Made by a program: the position numbers and the translations under genes. From NCBI GenBank assembly GCA_038078715.1, contig JBBTSU010000006.1:1-53772 (forward strand): 53,772 bases of DNA. Reading direction: 5' to 3'. Positions 36,238 through 46,104 of the stretch are shown in pieces. Numbering within the stretch: position 1 is the first letter of the stretch; every line of letters starts with the position of its first letter. Under the pieces are notes generated by a model. It made no database searches. It had not been told where the DNA came from and saw only the letters and a program-made list of their open reading frames with translations. The DNA is from Patescibacteria group bacterium (GTDB lineage Bacteria; Patescibacteriota; Minisyncoccia; Phycocordibacterales; Phycocordibacteraceae).

Positions 36238-37530
36238 ATGGAAGGTTTGACCCTTGATACTCTCGTCTCTCTCGCGAAGCGACGTGGATTTGTGTATGCG
36301 GGTTCTGAAATCTATGGCGGACTTGCGGGCACCTTTGACTACGGACCAATGGGAGTCGCGCTCAAGAAGAATATTGAGCAGCTCTGGTGGAATCGCTTTG
36401 TCGCAACGCGCGATGATATGTATGGCCTTGATTCCAGCATCATCATGCCTGAGGCAGTGTGGAAGGCGTCAGGGCACCTTGAAGGATTCACCGATCCGAT
36501 GGTGGAGTGTGAGAAGTGCAAGCATCGTTTCCGCGCAGACCATATAGAAGGGGAGAAGTGTCCGGATTGTGGGGGAAAGTTGAGCGCCGCACGGCAATTC
36601 AACCTTCTGTTCCCCGTAGAAATGGGTGCTGCATCGGGTGGTACCACCACTGGGTATCTTCGTGGAGAGATTGCACAGGGTATGTTTGTGAACTTCAAGA
36701 ACGTGATTGATTCCTTCCATCCCAAGCTTCCATTCGGTCTTGCACAGAGTGGCAAGGCGTTCCGCAATGAGATCGCCCCTCGTGAGTTTCTCTTCCGTGT
36801 CCGCGAGTTTGACCTCATGGAGTTTGAGTACTTCATCCGCCCTGATATGTGGGAGGAGCGTTTTGAATACTGGCGTAAGGAGATGTGGGCGTGGATTGAG
36901 GAAGTGGGTATTGATAAGGAGAAGGTGCATGAGCTTGAGGTGTCTGCCGATGATCGTGCGCACTACTCTAAGCGCACCATAGACTTTGAGTTTGATTTCC
37001 CATTTGGTCGCAAGGAGCTCTATGGTCTTGCGTACCGTACCGACTACGACCTTGCACGCCATGGCGAAGCATCTAAGGAAAACCTTACCTACCTAGACGA
37101 AGAGACGAAGGAGAAGTTTGTACCGCATGTGATTGAGCCAACCTTTGGTCTTAGTCGCACCGTGCTTGCGGTGCTCGCTTCTGCATATCGTGAGGATGAG
37201 CTTGGGGGAGAGAAGCGTGTATACCTTGCACTGCCTGCCGCAGTCGCTCCGGTGAAGGCCATGGTGTCTCCACTTCTAAAGAACAAGCCAGAGCTCGTTG
37301 CGAAGGCACGAGAAGTGCGCGAGATGCTTCGCAAGGTGAATCCGGCAATTGCGTGGGACGATAACGGCAACATTGGAAAGCGCTATCGCCGCCAGGATGA
37401 GATTGGTACACCGTACTGTGTGACGATTGATTTTGATACGCTTGAGGACAATACCGTCACGGTGCGTGATCGTGATACGGGAGAGCAGAAAAGGGTCGCT
37501 ATCGCTGACCTCTCGTCTACGCTCTTCTAA
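36238..37530 (+). CDS. glyQS: Glycine--tRNA ligase, homodimeric (alpha2) type
   Basis: KRRGF..GSEIYGG, ASGH, KAFRNEIAPR..LFRVREF, AHYS, IGKRYRRQDEIGTP. Confidence 0.96.
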   Translation: MEGLTLDTLVSLAKRRGFVYAGSEIYGGLAGTFDYGPMGVALKKNIEQLWWNRFVATRDDMYGLDSSIIMPEAVWKASGHLEGFTDPMVECEKCKHRFRADHIEGEKCPDCGGKLSAARQFNLLFPVEMGAASGGTTTGYLRGEIAQGMFVNFKNVIDSFHPKLPFGLAQSGKAFRNEIAPREFLFRVREFDLMEFEYFIRPDMWEERFEYWRKEMWAWIEEVGIDKEKVHELEVSADDRAHYSKRTIDFEFDFPFGRKELYGLAYRTDYDLARHGEASKENLTYLDEETKEKFVPHVIEPTFGLSRTVLAVLASAYREDELGGEKRVYLALPAAVAPVKAMVSPLLKNKPELVAKAREVREMLRKVNPAIAWDDNGNIGKRYRRQDEIGTPYCVTIDFDTLEDNTVTVRDRDTGEQKRVAIADLSSTLF

Positions 37531-37566
37531 GGTGCAGAGCTAGGGGCAGAGTGCTAGTATTGCCCT

Positions 37567-38613
37567 ATGGATAAGCAGATCAACGTCTCTATCACTCCTG
37601 GGACGGTCGTCATGACCATCCTTATTGGTGCTGCAGCCTATGCGCTGTGGTACCTTCGGGACCTCGTGCTCCTGGTTCTTACGGCCATTGTGATTGCCTC
37701 TGCGCTTGAGCCGGGAATTGCCTTTTTTGTGAAGTATAAGTTTCCGCGCGTCATTGCGGCTCTGACGATGTATTTGATTCTCTTCGGGTCATTCTTCGGA
37801 ACCATCTACTTCTTCTTTCCTCCAATTCTTGAAGATACTCAAGCATTCCTTTTGTCGGCTCCTCAGTATCTAGAGACCTTGAATCTTCCGCAGTCCCTCA
37901 CCGACATCTCTGTTGCTGCAGAGCATGCGGCAGAAGGGGAGAGCATCATTGATACCTTGTTTGCGTTCCGTTCGGCATTCGTCGATACCTCTGAAGGAGC
38001 GTTCCGTCTCGTATCCTCATTCTTCGGCGGTGTGTTCTCGCTTCTTCTTGTGCTCGTACTCTCGTTCTATCTCGCGATTCGTGAGACGGGAGTGGATGAT
38101 TTTCTTCGTTTGGTAACTCCTGCAAAGCATGAGGACTACATTCTTGATTTGTGGCGCCGTGCACACGGGAAGATTGGACAGTGGATGCAGGGGCAACTTC
38201 TTCTCTCGCTTCTTGCGGGGGTGATCATTTATCTTGGGCTTCTTATTCTTGGGGTACCGTACGCGCTCTTGCTTGCGTCTTTTGCTGCGGTAGCTGAACT
38301 CATTCCAATCTTTGGCTCATACATTGCAGCAATCCCTGCACTTATTGTCGCCTTTACCTACGGAGGATTCCCGCTCGCCGTGATTGTGGCCGGGCTCTAC
38401 TTGATCATGAACCTCTTCCAGGCAAATCTTATCTATCCGCTCGTGGTGAACAAGGTGGTGGGCATTCCACCGCTTATGGTCATCCTTGCACTTCTCATTG
38501 GAGGAAGCTTGGCCGGATTCCTTGGGGTGCTTCTTTCGGTTCCTATTGCCGCCGCACTTCAGGAGTTCATCAAGGACTTTGACCGTGCTAAGCGGAAGGG
38601 CAAGACCGCCTGA
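37567..38613 (+). CDS. AI-2E (PerM) family transporter
   Basis: Multiple TM helices; WMQGQ, ELIPIFG, GSLAGFLGVLLSVP. Confidence 0.9.
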   Translation: MDKQINVSITPGTVVMTILIGAAAYALWYLRDLVLLVLTAIVIASALEPGIAFFVKYKFPRVIAALTMYLILFGSFFGTIYFFFPPILEDTQAFLLSAPQYLETLNLPQSLTDISVAAEHAAEGESIIDTLFAFRSAFVDTSEGAFRLVSSFFGGVFSLLLVLVLSFYLAIRETGVDDFLRLVTPAKHEDYILDLWRRAHGKIGQWMQGQLLLSLLAGVIIYLGLLILGVPYALLLASFAAVAELIPIFGSYIAAIPALIVAFTYGGFPLAVIVAGLYLIMNLFQANLIYPLVVNKVVGIPPLMVILALLIGGSLAGFLGVLLSVPIAAALQEFIKDFDRAKRKGKTA

Positions 38614-38618
38614 GACGC

Positions 38619-40052
38619 ATGAGCGCACGCTATCTTACTTCTACACTTCCGTACGTAAACGCTGATCCGCATATTGGATTTGCGCTAGAGATTGTGCAGA
38701 CTGACGCGCTTGCACGCGCATGGCGGGCAGAGGGGCACGAAGTATTTTTCAGTACCGGTACTGACGAGCACGGACAAAAGATTCTTGAGGCAGCCGAGAA
38801 GTCTGGAAAGGATGTGCAGGAGTACGTAGATCACTACGCTGCGGAGTTTCAGAAGTTGAGAGAAGCACTTGATTTAAGTAACGATACGTTTATTCGCACC
38901 ACTGATGCGCGCCATGTCGCTGCGGCACAGGAGATGTGGAAGCGTTGTGAGGCGTCAGGAGATATTTATAAGAAAGCATACGAAGGTCTGTACTGTGTGG
39001 GGTGTGAAAAGTTTTTGACCGAGCGGGACATGGAGGGAGGAAAGTGCGTGATTCACCAGAAAGAACCTGTGCTTCTCAAGGAAGAGAACTATTTCTTCCG
39101 CTTCTCTAAGTATCAGGACGCACTCCTTGAGTATCTTTCACGTTCTACCTCAGTCGTGCCTGAATGGCGCAGAGAGGAAGCCCTCAACTTCGTGAAGGGA
39201 GGGCTTGGAGATTTCAGTATTTCTCGTGAGAAGGAGCGTCTTTCCTGGGGCATTCCAGTGCCAGGAGATGATACCCAGGTGCTTTATGTTTGGTTTGATG
39301 CGCTCACCAACTACATCTCCACGCTTGGCTGGCCAGAGCAGGGTGGAAACTTTGAGAAGTTCTGGACGAACGGGTTCGTGCTTCAGACCGCAGGTAAGGA
39401 TCAGGTGCGCTTCCAGTCACTCATGTGGCAGGCCATGCTTATTTCCGCAGGAGTGAAGGCAACGGACACCGTCTTCTACCACGGCTTCATTACCTCTGGA
39501 GGACAGAAGATGAGTAAGTCCTTGGGCAACGTCATTAGTCCGTATGATCTCGTGACGAAGTACGGGACCGATGCGACACGGTATCTCCTTCTTCGTCATG
39601 TGCATCCGTTTGAAGATTCAGATGTGACCTGGGAGCGACTTGATGAGTGGTACACCGCAAACTTGGTGAATGGACTAGGAAACTTGGTCGCACGTGTGAT
39701 GAAACTTGCAGAGGAGCATCTTCCCGCACCGGTTGCCATCTCTGAAGACGAGGTACGTATAGAGGCGCCGTTTGTTGCTGCTCTTGATGCATTCCGTTTT
39801 GATGAGGCGGTGGATCTTATCTTCAGTCACATCCAGAAAGGAGACGAATACATCACTGAGAAAGAACCGTACAAGAAGGTGAAGGTAGAGGAAACAAAAG
39901 AGGAAGCGAAGAAAGATTTGGAGAAACTGGTCATTCATCTTGCGAAAGTGGCTGCACATCTCGCGCCGTTGATGCCTTCCACTGCGCGTGCTATTCAGGC
40001 TGCGATCGCCACGAACACCAAGCCAGAGAATCTTTTCCCACGACTGCCGTGA
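38619..40052 (+). CDS. metG: Methionine--tRNA ligase (no C-terminal OB domain)
   Basis: YVNADPHIG, TGTDEHGQK, YCVGCE, YVWFDAL, KMSKSLGN, LFPRL. Confidence 0.96.
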   Translation: MSARYLTSTLPYVNADPHIGFALEIVQTDALARAWRAEGHEVFFSTGTDEHGQKILEAAEKSGKDVQEYVDHYAAEFQKLREALDLSNDTFIRTTDARHVAAAQEMWKRCEASGDIYKKAYEGLYCVGCEKFLTERDMEGGKCVIHQKEPVLLKEENYFFRFSKYQDALLEYLSRSTSVVPEWRREEALNFVKGGLGDFSISREKERLSWGIPVPGDDTQVLYVWFDALTNYISTLGWPEQGGNFEKFWTNGFVLQTAGKDQVRFQSLMWQAMLISAGVKATDTVFYHGFITSGGQKMSKSLGNVISPYDLVTKYGTDATRYLLLRHVHPFEDSDVTWERLDEWYTANLVNGLGNLVARVMKLAEEHLPAPVAISEDEVRIEAPFVAALDAFRFDEAVDLIFSHIQKGDEYITEKEPYKKVKVEETKEEAKKDLEKLVIHLAKVAAHLAPLMPSTARAIQAAIATNTKPENLFPRLP

Positions 40053-40840
40053 AGTATTTTGATGCGCATTGCCATATTCAGTTCGCACAGTATGACGAGG
40101 ATCGTGATGCGGTAATCGTAGCGATGCGAGAAGCGGAAGTCGGAGGACTTATTGTCGGCACCGACAGTATGCACTCACAAAAAGCAGTCGCACTCGCTGA
40201 TGGCCTGGCCACTTTTGCTACGGTCGGACTTCACCCGAACGATAAACCAGGTGAGGGATATGATGACGCGCTCTTTGCTGCGCTCGCAAAAGATCCGAAG
40301 GTGGTTGCAATAGGGGAGTGCGGTCTTGATTACTTCCGACCCGAAGAACCTGAGCAGGAGAAAGCACGACAGAAAGAAGTGTTTAGAAAACACATTGCGC
40401 TTGCAGTAGAGAACGACAAGCCGCTCATGATTCATGCACGTCCTTCAAAGGGGAGTATGGACGCATATCTTGATGCGTATGAAATGCTGAAAGAAGCACA
40501 GCAGACACATGGCGAGAAGGTGCGGGGGAACATGCACTTCTATGTGGGAGATCTTGAGACCACGAAGAAGTTTCTTGAGATTGGATTTACCTTCTCCTTT
40601 ACTGCAGTCCTTACCTTTGCACGAGATTATGACGAGGTGGTGCGGTACATCCCGCTCACCCATATCCTTTCTGAGACCGACGCACCGTATGTGGCTCCGG
40701 TACCGAATAGAGGGAAGAGGAATGATCCGCTTGCTGTCAGGGCGGTCGTTAAAGCTCTCGCTGAGATCCGAGGAGAGGATGAGGAAGTGGTTCGGGAGGC
40801 GATACTAGGGAACGCTCGGAGGCTCTTTAAGATCACTTGA
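40049..40840 (+). CDS. tatD: TatD family nuclease
   Basis: DAHCH, GLHP, AIGECGLDY, PLMIHAR, ETDAPY. Confidence 0.93.
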   Translation: MKYFDAHCHIQFAQYDEDRDAVIVAMREAEVGGLIVGTDSMHSQKAVALADGLATFATVGLHPNDKPGEGYDDALFAALAKDPKVVAIGECGLDYFRPEEPEQEKARQKEVFRKHIALAVENDKPLMIHARPSKGSMDAYLDAYEMLKEAQQTHGEKVRGNMHFYVGDLETTKKFLEIGFTFSFTAVLTFARDYDEVVRYIPLTHILSETDAPYVAPVPNRGKRNDPLAVRAVVKALAEIRGEDEEVVREAILGNARRLFKIT

Positions 40841-40867
40841 CCTAGGTGATACACTTTTGATACACTT
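40837..40867 (+). promoter_or_regulatory. TA operon promoter with tandem operator-like repeats
   Basis: TTGACC (40837) and TGaTACACT (-10 at 40861); direct repeat TGATACACTT at 40847-40856 and 40858-40867. Confidence 0.6.
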
Positions 40868-40872
40868 GTCCT

Positions 40873-41094
40873 ATGCCTACCATCAAGAAACGTATCAACA
40901 TCAGTGTCTCAAAGGAAGTAAATGAAGTGCTTGAGCGTCTTGCGAAACGCGACCAGATGCCACAAGCAACGAAAGCGGAGCATCTTTTGACGACCGCACT
41001 AGAGCTTGAGGAAGACGAGGTACTCAATGCAGTTGCGACTAAGCGCGACCGCAAGGGATCAAAGTTCGTCTCACATAGCGCAGCATGGCGATAA
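40873..41094 (+). CDS. Ribbon-helix-helix type II antitoxin
   Basis: KKRINISV beta strand plus helices, acidic ELEEDE; overlaps the toxin start. Confidence 0.8.
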   Translation: MPTIKKRINISVSKEVNEVLERLAKRDQMPQATKAEHLLTTALELEEDEVLNAVATKRDRKGSKFVSHSAAWR

Positions 41095-41366
41095 GTTTTG
41101 AGATCGTTTATCACCAAAAAGTCGTCAAAGACGATATCCCGCGTCTTGCAAAGTCTTGGCGAGAGCGGATACGGGATGCGATAGAAGAAAAACTCACTAC
41201 AAGCCCCGATTTCTTTGGAAAGCCTCTACGCCGTTCGCTCAAGGGATACCGTAAATTACGAGTAGGGGACTATCGTGTGGTCTTTCGTATCCAGGGGTCT
41301 AAGGTGTTAATTCTGGCCATTCTCCATAGGTCTGTGGTCTATCAGCAGGCCGAGGGTCGCGACTAA
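41085..41366 (+). CDS. relE: RelE/ParE family toxin
   Basis: GKPLRRSLKGYRKLRVGDYRVVF...ILHRSVVY. Confidence 0.88.
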   Translation: MAISFEIVYHQKVVKDDIPRLAKSWRERIRDAIEEKLTTSPDFFGKPLRRSLKGYRKLRVGDYRVVFRIQGSKVLILAILHRSVVYQQAEGRD

Positions 41367-41387
41367 GAACCACGCTACAGGGCCTAT

Positions 41388-41416
41388 TTGCCCCCTCCAG
41401 GGGGGCGTGCTAGGAT
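41388..41416 (+). promoter_or_regulatory. Sigma-70 promoter of rpsF
   Basis: TTGCCC-17 nt-TAGGAT with TG extension, 9 nt before the ATG. Confidence 0.5.
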
Positions 41417-41425
41417 ACGGCGACT

Positions 41426-41920
41426 ATGGCTAAGAAAGAAGTAGAAGCGCTTGAGCGCGAGGAAGAGCTTGATGCGGACCACGCAGAAATGCGGGTCTAC
41501 GAGCTCGGTTTTCACATTGACCCTGAACTCTCTCAGGAGGAGGTAAAGAAGGTATATCAGGGCATCAAGGACGTCATTGAGGGCGCTGGAGAGGTTGTTG
41601 CCGAGGGTACACCAGAGAAGATCCAGCTTGCCTACACCATTTCCCGCATGGAGCATGCAGGTCGCCACGATTTTGATAACAGCCAATTTGCATGGATTGC
41701 ATACGAGACTGATGGCGCAGGACACGAGAAGGTAGCTGCAGCCGCACGCGCAGAGACCCGTATCTTCCGCTTCCTAGATATCCGTACCACCAAGGAAGAG
41801 GCGAAGCACTCAGCAGAGGTTGCTGAAATGATGCGCCAGGCCGCAACCGAGCAGGAGACTGTAGAAGAGGAGGTGTCTGAGACTGAACTAGACGCTGCTC
41901 TTAAGGAGGTGGGAGTGTAG
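41426..41920 (+). CDS. rpsF: 30S ribosomal protein S6 with acidic N- and C-terminal extensions
   Basis: RVYELGFHIDP, QLAYTI, IFRFL; rpsF-ssb-rpsR synteny. Confidence 0.88.
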   Translation: MAKKEVEALEREEELDADHAEMRVYELGFHIDPELSQEEVKKVYQGIKDVIEGAGEVVAEGTPEKIQLAYTISRMEHAGRHDFDNSQFAWIAYETDGAGHEKVAAAARAETRIFRFLDIRTTKEEAKHSAEVAEMMRQAATEQETVEEEVSETELDAALKEVGV

Positions 41921-41933
41921 TAGAATAGAGGAT

Positions 41934-42377
41934 ATGTACTTGAACAAGGTACAACTCTACGGAAACCTTACCCGCGACCCGGAGATGCGTTCGCTACCCT
42001 CTGGTCAGGCAGTCGCTAACTTTGCGATCGCCACGAACCGTACCTATAAGGACAAGAACGGTGCGAAGCAGGAGCAGACTGAATTTCATAACGTCGTTGC
42101 CTTTGGCCGCCAGGCTGAGGTGATTGGCCAGTACATGAAGAAGGGCCGCCCTATGTTTATAGAGGGCCGTATCCAGACCCGCTCATGGGAGAAGGATGGT
42201 GCAAAGCAGTACCGCACGGAGATCGTCGTGGAGAGCTTCCAGTTCGGTGCAGGAGGCGGGGGAGAGGGCGGTAGTCGTGCTCCTCAGCAGGATATGGACC
42301 AGTCAGCACCTGCTGATGCAGGGGACCAGATTCAGTACCCGGATGAGGACATCAACCCGGAGGACATTCCGTTTTAA
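41934..42377 (+). CDS. ssb: Single-stranded DNA-binding protein
   Basis: LNKVQLYGNLTRDPE, IEGRIQTRSW, C-terminal EDIPF. Confidence 0.97.
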   Translation: MYLNKVQLYGNLTRDPEMRSLPSGQAVANFAIATNRTYKDKNGAKQEQTEFHNVVAFGRQAEVIGQYMKKGRPMFIEGRIQTRSWEKDGAKQYRTEIVVESFQFGAGGGGEGGSRAPQQDMDQSAPADAGDQIQYPDEDINPEDIPF

Positions 42378-42422
42378 TAGGTTTTTGACAGGGCAGGCCC
42401 TTTAGAGTAAGGTACTTCAACT

Positions 42423-42629
42423 ATGGCATATCAGGCAGAACGCGAAGAGATTGAGCACAAGAAGTTTGTGGACTACAAGGACATTCCGTACCTTCGTCTT
42501 TTCACCAACCCTCATGCAAAGATGCTCTCAAAGAAGCGCACAGGACTCAATGCAGCCCAGCAGCGCAAGGTAGCGATGGCAATCAAGCGAGCCCGCTACA
42601 TGGGACTCCTCCCATACCTCGCAGCCTAA
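42423..42629 (+). CDS. rpsR: 30S ribosomal protein S18
   Basis: VDYKD, QRKVAMAIKRARYMGLLPY. Confidence 0.95.
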   Translation: MAYQAEREEIEHKKFVDYKDIPYLRLFTNPHAKMLSKKRTGLNAAQQRKVAMAIKRARYMGLLPYLAA

Positions 42630-42635
42630 CGAACC

Positions 42636-42662
42636 AACCGCCCGAAAGGGCGGTTCTCTTTT
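42636..42662 (+). terminator. Intrinsic terminator after rpsR
   Basis: AACCGCCC-GAAA-GGGCGGTT followed by CTCTTTT. Confidence 0.75.
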
Positions 42663-42686
42663 ACTTCAGGGCGTTACAATATAGTT

Positions 42687-43484
42687 ATGGACTTCTTTGG
42701 GTTTGCCCTAATCAATACACTGCTAAGCCTCGCTTCTCTACTTGGTTTGGTGTCTACTACGGAAGAAGTTCGTATATCAGATTCCGCTCCCGTAGAAGAG
42801 GCTGTTACTCAAGAGTTCGCAGAGACAGGACAAGGAATTGTTGTAACAGAAAAAACTTCAAATGAATTTTATCCAGTCCTCTCCATCGTAGATGGGGACA
42901 CAATAAAAGTCTCAGTAGATGGGAAGTCGGAGGTTGTTCGTTTGATAGGAATAGATACTCCAGAAACAGTACATCCAACACAGCCCGTGGAATGTTTTGG
43001 AATTGAGGCACGCAACAAAATAGTTGAAATGCTTGGTGGACAATCGGTACGGTTGGAGTCTGACTTGTCGCAAGATGTAAGAGATAAATACGAGCGACTT
43101 CTAGCGTATGCCTTTCTGGCTGACGGAACGAACATAAATAAAACCCTCATAAGAGAAGGGTTCGCTTATGAATATACTTATAATGTTCCGTACAAATTTC
43201 AAGAAGACTTCAAGGCAGCAGAAGAATTCGCACAGAGAAATGAAAAAGGTCTCTGGGCACCTGGAGCTTGTAGTGAACCAGTAGAGGTGCCAAAAACGAT
43301 TGCGCCGAGTGCACCCAAACCAATCAGTCCGTCTTCTATCTACACCTGTTACTATAACGCATATAATTGCGGTGACTTTTCAACTCACGCGGAAGCGCAA
43401 GACGTGTATGAGTCGTGTGGTGGGATCTCTAATGACGTCCACCGATTGGACGGAGATAAAGATGGTCTCGCTTGTGAAAAGTAG
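42687..43484 (+). CDS. Secreted thermonuclease (SNase) with C-terminal Excalibur-like Ca-binding domain
   Basis: IVDGDTI, VRLIGIDTPE, DKYERLLAY, KGLW; C-terminal CGDFSTHAEAQ...HRLDGDKDGLACE; hydrophobic N-terminus. Confidence 0.88.
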   Translation: MDFFGFALINTLLSLASLLGLVSTTEEVRISDSAPVEEAVTQEFAETGQGIVVTEKTSNEFYPVLSIVDGDTIKVSVDGKSEVVRLIGIDTPETVHPTQPVECFGIEARNKIVEMLGGQSVRLESDLSQDVRDKYERLLAYAFLADGTNINKTLIREGFAYEYTYNVPYKFQEDFKAAEEFAQRNEKGLWAPGACSEPVEVPKTIAPSAPKPISPSSIYTCYYNAYNCGDFSTHAEAQDVYESCGGISNDVHRLDGDKDGLACEK

Positions 43485-43575
43485 AGGGGAGTTGTGTGCC
43501 GGATGTGTCTACGGAATGTTGTGGGGCCAGGGCCAGAATTCACACAAAAACTTCTCATGTCCTCAAGTTGGGTTT

Positions 43576-46104
43576 CTAACTCCCAGGCTCACTAAGCCTT
43601 ACGTCCAGCTTGGATCTGTAGCCTGAAATATTGCCGTCACGTAGGCACTGGAAGAAGGTGCTGAAGTCGGTCGGGGTGAGGAAATGGAATTGGTAGTGAA
43701 CGTCTATATCTTTCTTATGTAGGTGCTCGTTAAGGTGTTCAAAATGCTTGAGTGCGTATTCGTACTTTTTTGGATTCTCTGGCGAAGGCTCACGTAGCTC
43801 TTCATCGCCCTTAGTCTCAACCACTACCAGGAGGGGGCCAATCTTTATGAAGAAGTCGGGGCTAAAACGGCTACGTTTTAGATGCTCTCCTTTTCTCCAC
43901 GAATATTCAATCTCGTAAAAGCCGATTGGAGTGGACTTTATCCAGGCTGTGATATGTGCATGGTTTTCTGGAAGAAGCAGTTCCTTAATAAACTTCTTCT
44001 CAGGCTCATGATCAGCAATAACTGCATTAAGAGGTGTCTTGAAGTCGTACTTATTGGGAACAGGGATGGTGCGGTAACCTGACCCCTGTTCAGATATCTC
44101 TTCGTAAGCGTCTATATATTCATCAGGAATACTCGCTGCTGTTTCGCTAGTAAGGAAAAGAGTCTTTGTGGCCTTAAGTTCCGATGCACTAGCGCTTTCT
44201 TGAGGTCGTTCTAGAGTGAGGATCGTGGGGTATTCTGTCGGGGTAAAGTCGTATCTGACCATTTGTGTGGTCTTTCTCTGAAGGGTGCCAAGTGCCGATA
44301 GGAACTTCTGTCGCATACTCTCTGTAATAACCTTATTTTTTGCTTTCTCCATTGAGAGCCGCACCACTTTCTCAAGTTCCGCAACCCCAAACTGGTTTGT
44401 GTAGAATTTACTATCTTCTTCGGGGAGATCTTCTAGTCTTTGGTACATGACCTGTGCCACCTCTTCAGGAGAGTAAGTTTTATGTTCTACGCGAGTACGC
44501 CATTCGCTTCGTGTACGGGTTGCAGCGTCTTCAAATTCAATACGGACTTCTTGAACGCCTTGTTCTGTGGCCATATCCACATAACCCTTTTCAAAGAGTT
44601 TGTACGGCGCAGCACGAGGTATAACCTGTTCAAAATATGGTTTAGGTTCGTACTTAACGTTAACGAGCTCGAAATTAAAATTGGAACTTGAGACCGGAAA
44701 GGTCGGTATTCGTTTGTCGAAATCCATTACTTCACTAACGAGATGCTTAATGTCTTCAGACCAACGATCATGATTAAAAACTGTTACCTCAGGCTGGCCC
44801 TTCCATCCCTCTGGGATGCGAAGCCCACGTCCGAGAACCTGAGAGATTAGTAATTTACTCTCAAAAGCTCTTTTTTCGTGGGGTACGATTTGAAATACTC
44901 GACTTACATCCCATCCCTCGTTAAGCATTGAGACAGAGAAAATCCATTCGACCCTACTTGACGGATTATCCACGGTGGAAAGTTGAATAAGATCCGGAGA
45001 TTTACTGTGCACTACAAGTACTTTTTCTTCTATCTCTGGGTCAGTGAGTTCCAAATTCTCGCTTAGATAGTGGCGGAACTCTTCAGCTACGTCCTCGCAT
45101 GCTGTTATGTTACGCGTTACGACGATAGTGAGGGGGCGGATGTTCTGGGCCTTAACCACCTTTCTTATCTCTTCGTGATGGTTAGTGATCAGTTGCCACT
45201 TCTCTTCTGTTGGGAGGTTAGATGCTGGCATTTCTGCTACATATCTAACCTTCTTCACAAAATGCTCTTCCATCGCTTGTCGCAGTGAATAGCGGTTTAT
45301 TACGTCGCTAAAATATTCATCCTTGATGTAACAAGTTCCAGATACGCCGATGATTCTATGAAAACCGAATTCAGGATCTGTTAGAAACTCTTTCCACTTG
45401 CCAGCTGCCGTGCCTGTTTCGTTTGCTATATGGTGAGCTTCATCATTCAAAACCAAAGTACGATCTCCCTTACCGACCAGAGAGTCTCGTATAGAGGAGC
45501 GAACATGAGCTAGAACCGCATGGTAGTTTTCAATACATATTGAGCCAGGCACAATGCTCTCGTCCGCATTAATAATCTTTGGGGTGCTAATAACAGCAGT
45601 CGGCGGTAGGAGATCACGGAGATCAGTATCGCTTGCTAGTTCCTCAAACTTTTTCGTCAATCCTTCTTCTATTGTCGTGGATGGACCAAGAACCAAGACT
45701 CTGTCTACAGCGCCTTCCGCCAACATAATTGCGGCAATGCCATACATCACATAACTTTTGCCGGTACCAGTAGCAAGGTCGAGAGAGGCAGACATGAAAT
45801 CAGGCAGTTGTAGTTTTTTCTCCATGTTTGCAAACGTCCCGTATTTTTCTCTGAGCACTTGATTCTTATCAAAGTTTGCCTGTGCCAGTTCGCGTAGAGT
45901 TTTGTACTCTCCGCCCAAAAGGAACCTGAGAGCTGCTCGTATAGCGTCTTTCTGATATTCTCTAGCGCCGCACAACTCATCAATAAAAGCTTCATAATGG
46001 GTTTCATTCCATCTCCTCCTATCTACTGACTTAGACACCTCCAGTACAAGGTCATCTATATGGAATCTTCCAGTAACGGCTCCTGTGGTGCGAGGCATAC
46101 TCAT
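43576..46104 (-). CDS. res: Type III restriction enzyme Res subunit
   Basis: REYQ, LATGTGKS, DEAHH, MLNEGWDV, QVLGRGLR; C-terminal PDF...VVETKG nuclease motif. Confidence 0.88.
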   Translation of the reverse strand: MSMPRTTGAVTGRFHIDDLVLEVSKSVDRRRWNETHYEAFIDELCGAREYQKDAIRAALRFLLGGEYKTLRELAQANFDKNQVLREKYGTFANMEKKLQLPDFMSASLDLATGTGKSYVMYGIAAIMLAEGAVDRVLVLGPSTTIEEGLTKKFEELASDTDLRDLLPPTAVISTPKIINADESIVPGSICIENYHAVLAHVRSSIRDSLVGKGDRTLVLNDEAHHIANETGTAAGKWKEFLTDPEFGFHRIIGVSGTCYIKDEYFSDVINRYSLRQAMEEHFVKKVRYVAEMPASNLPTEEKWQLITNHHEEIRKVVKAQNIRPLTIVVTRNITACEDVAEEFRHYLSENLELTDPEIEEKVLVVHSKSPDLIQLSTVDNPSSRVEWIFSVSMLNEGWDVSRVFQIVPHEKRAFESKLLISQVLGRGLRIPEGWKGQPEVTVFNHDRWSEDIKHLVSEVMDFDKRIPTFPVSSSNFNFELVNVKYEPKPYFEQVIPRAAPYKLFEKGYVDMATEQGVQEVRIEFEDAATRTRSEWRTRVEHKTYSPEEVAQVMYQRLEDLPEEDSKFYTNQFGVAELEKVVRLSMEKAKNKVITESMRQKFLSALGTLQRKTTQMVRYDFTPTEYPTILTLERPQESASASELKATKTLFLTSETAASIPDEYIDAYEEISEQGSGYRTIPVPNKYDFKTPLNAVIADHEPEKKFIKELLLPENHAHITAWIKSTPIGFYEIEYSWRKGEHLKRSRFSPDFFIKIGPLLVVVETKGDEELREPSPENPKKYEYALKHFEHLNEHLHKKDIDVHYQFHFLTPTDFSTFFQCLRDGNISGYRSKLDVRLSEPGS

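Noticed and set aside
27295-37062. Long antisense ORFs (27295-28134, 30916-31782, 34441-35262, 36469-37062)
   Set aside because: They mirror well-conserved sense genes, an expected product of codon bias, and show no motifs or start signals.
43485-43575. Integron attC site between the nuclease and res genes
   Set aside because: An imperfect inverted repeat (TTGTGTG/CACACAA) and an ACCCAAC exist, but there is no matching GTTRRRY end and no integrase.
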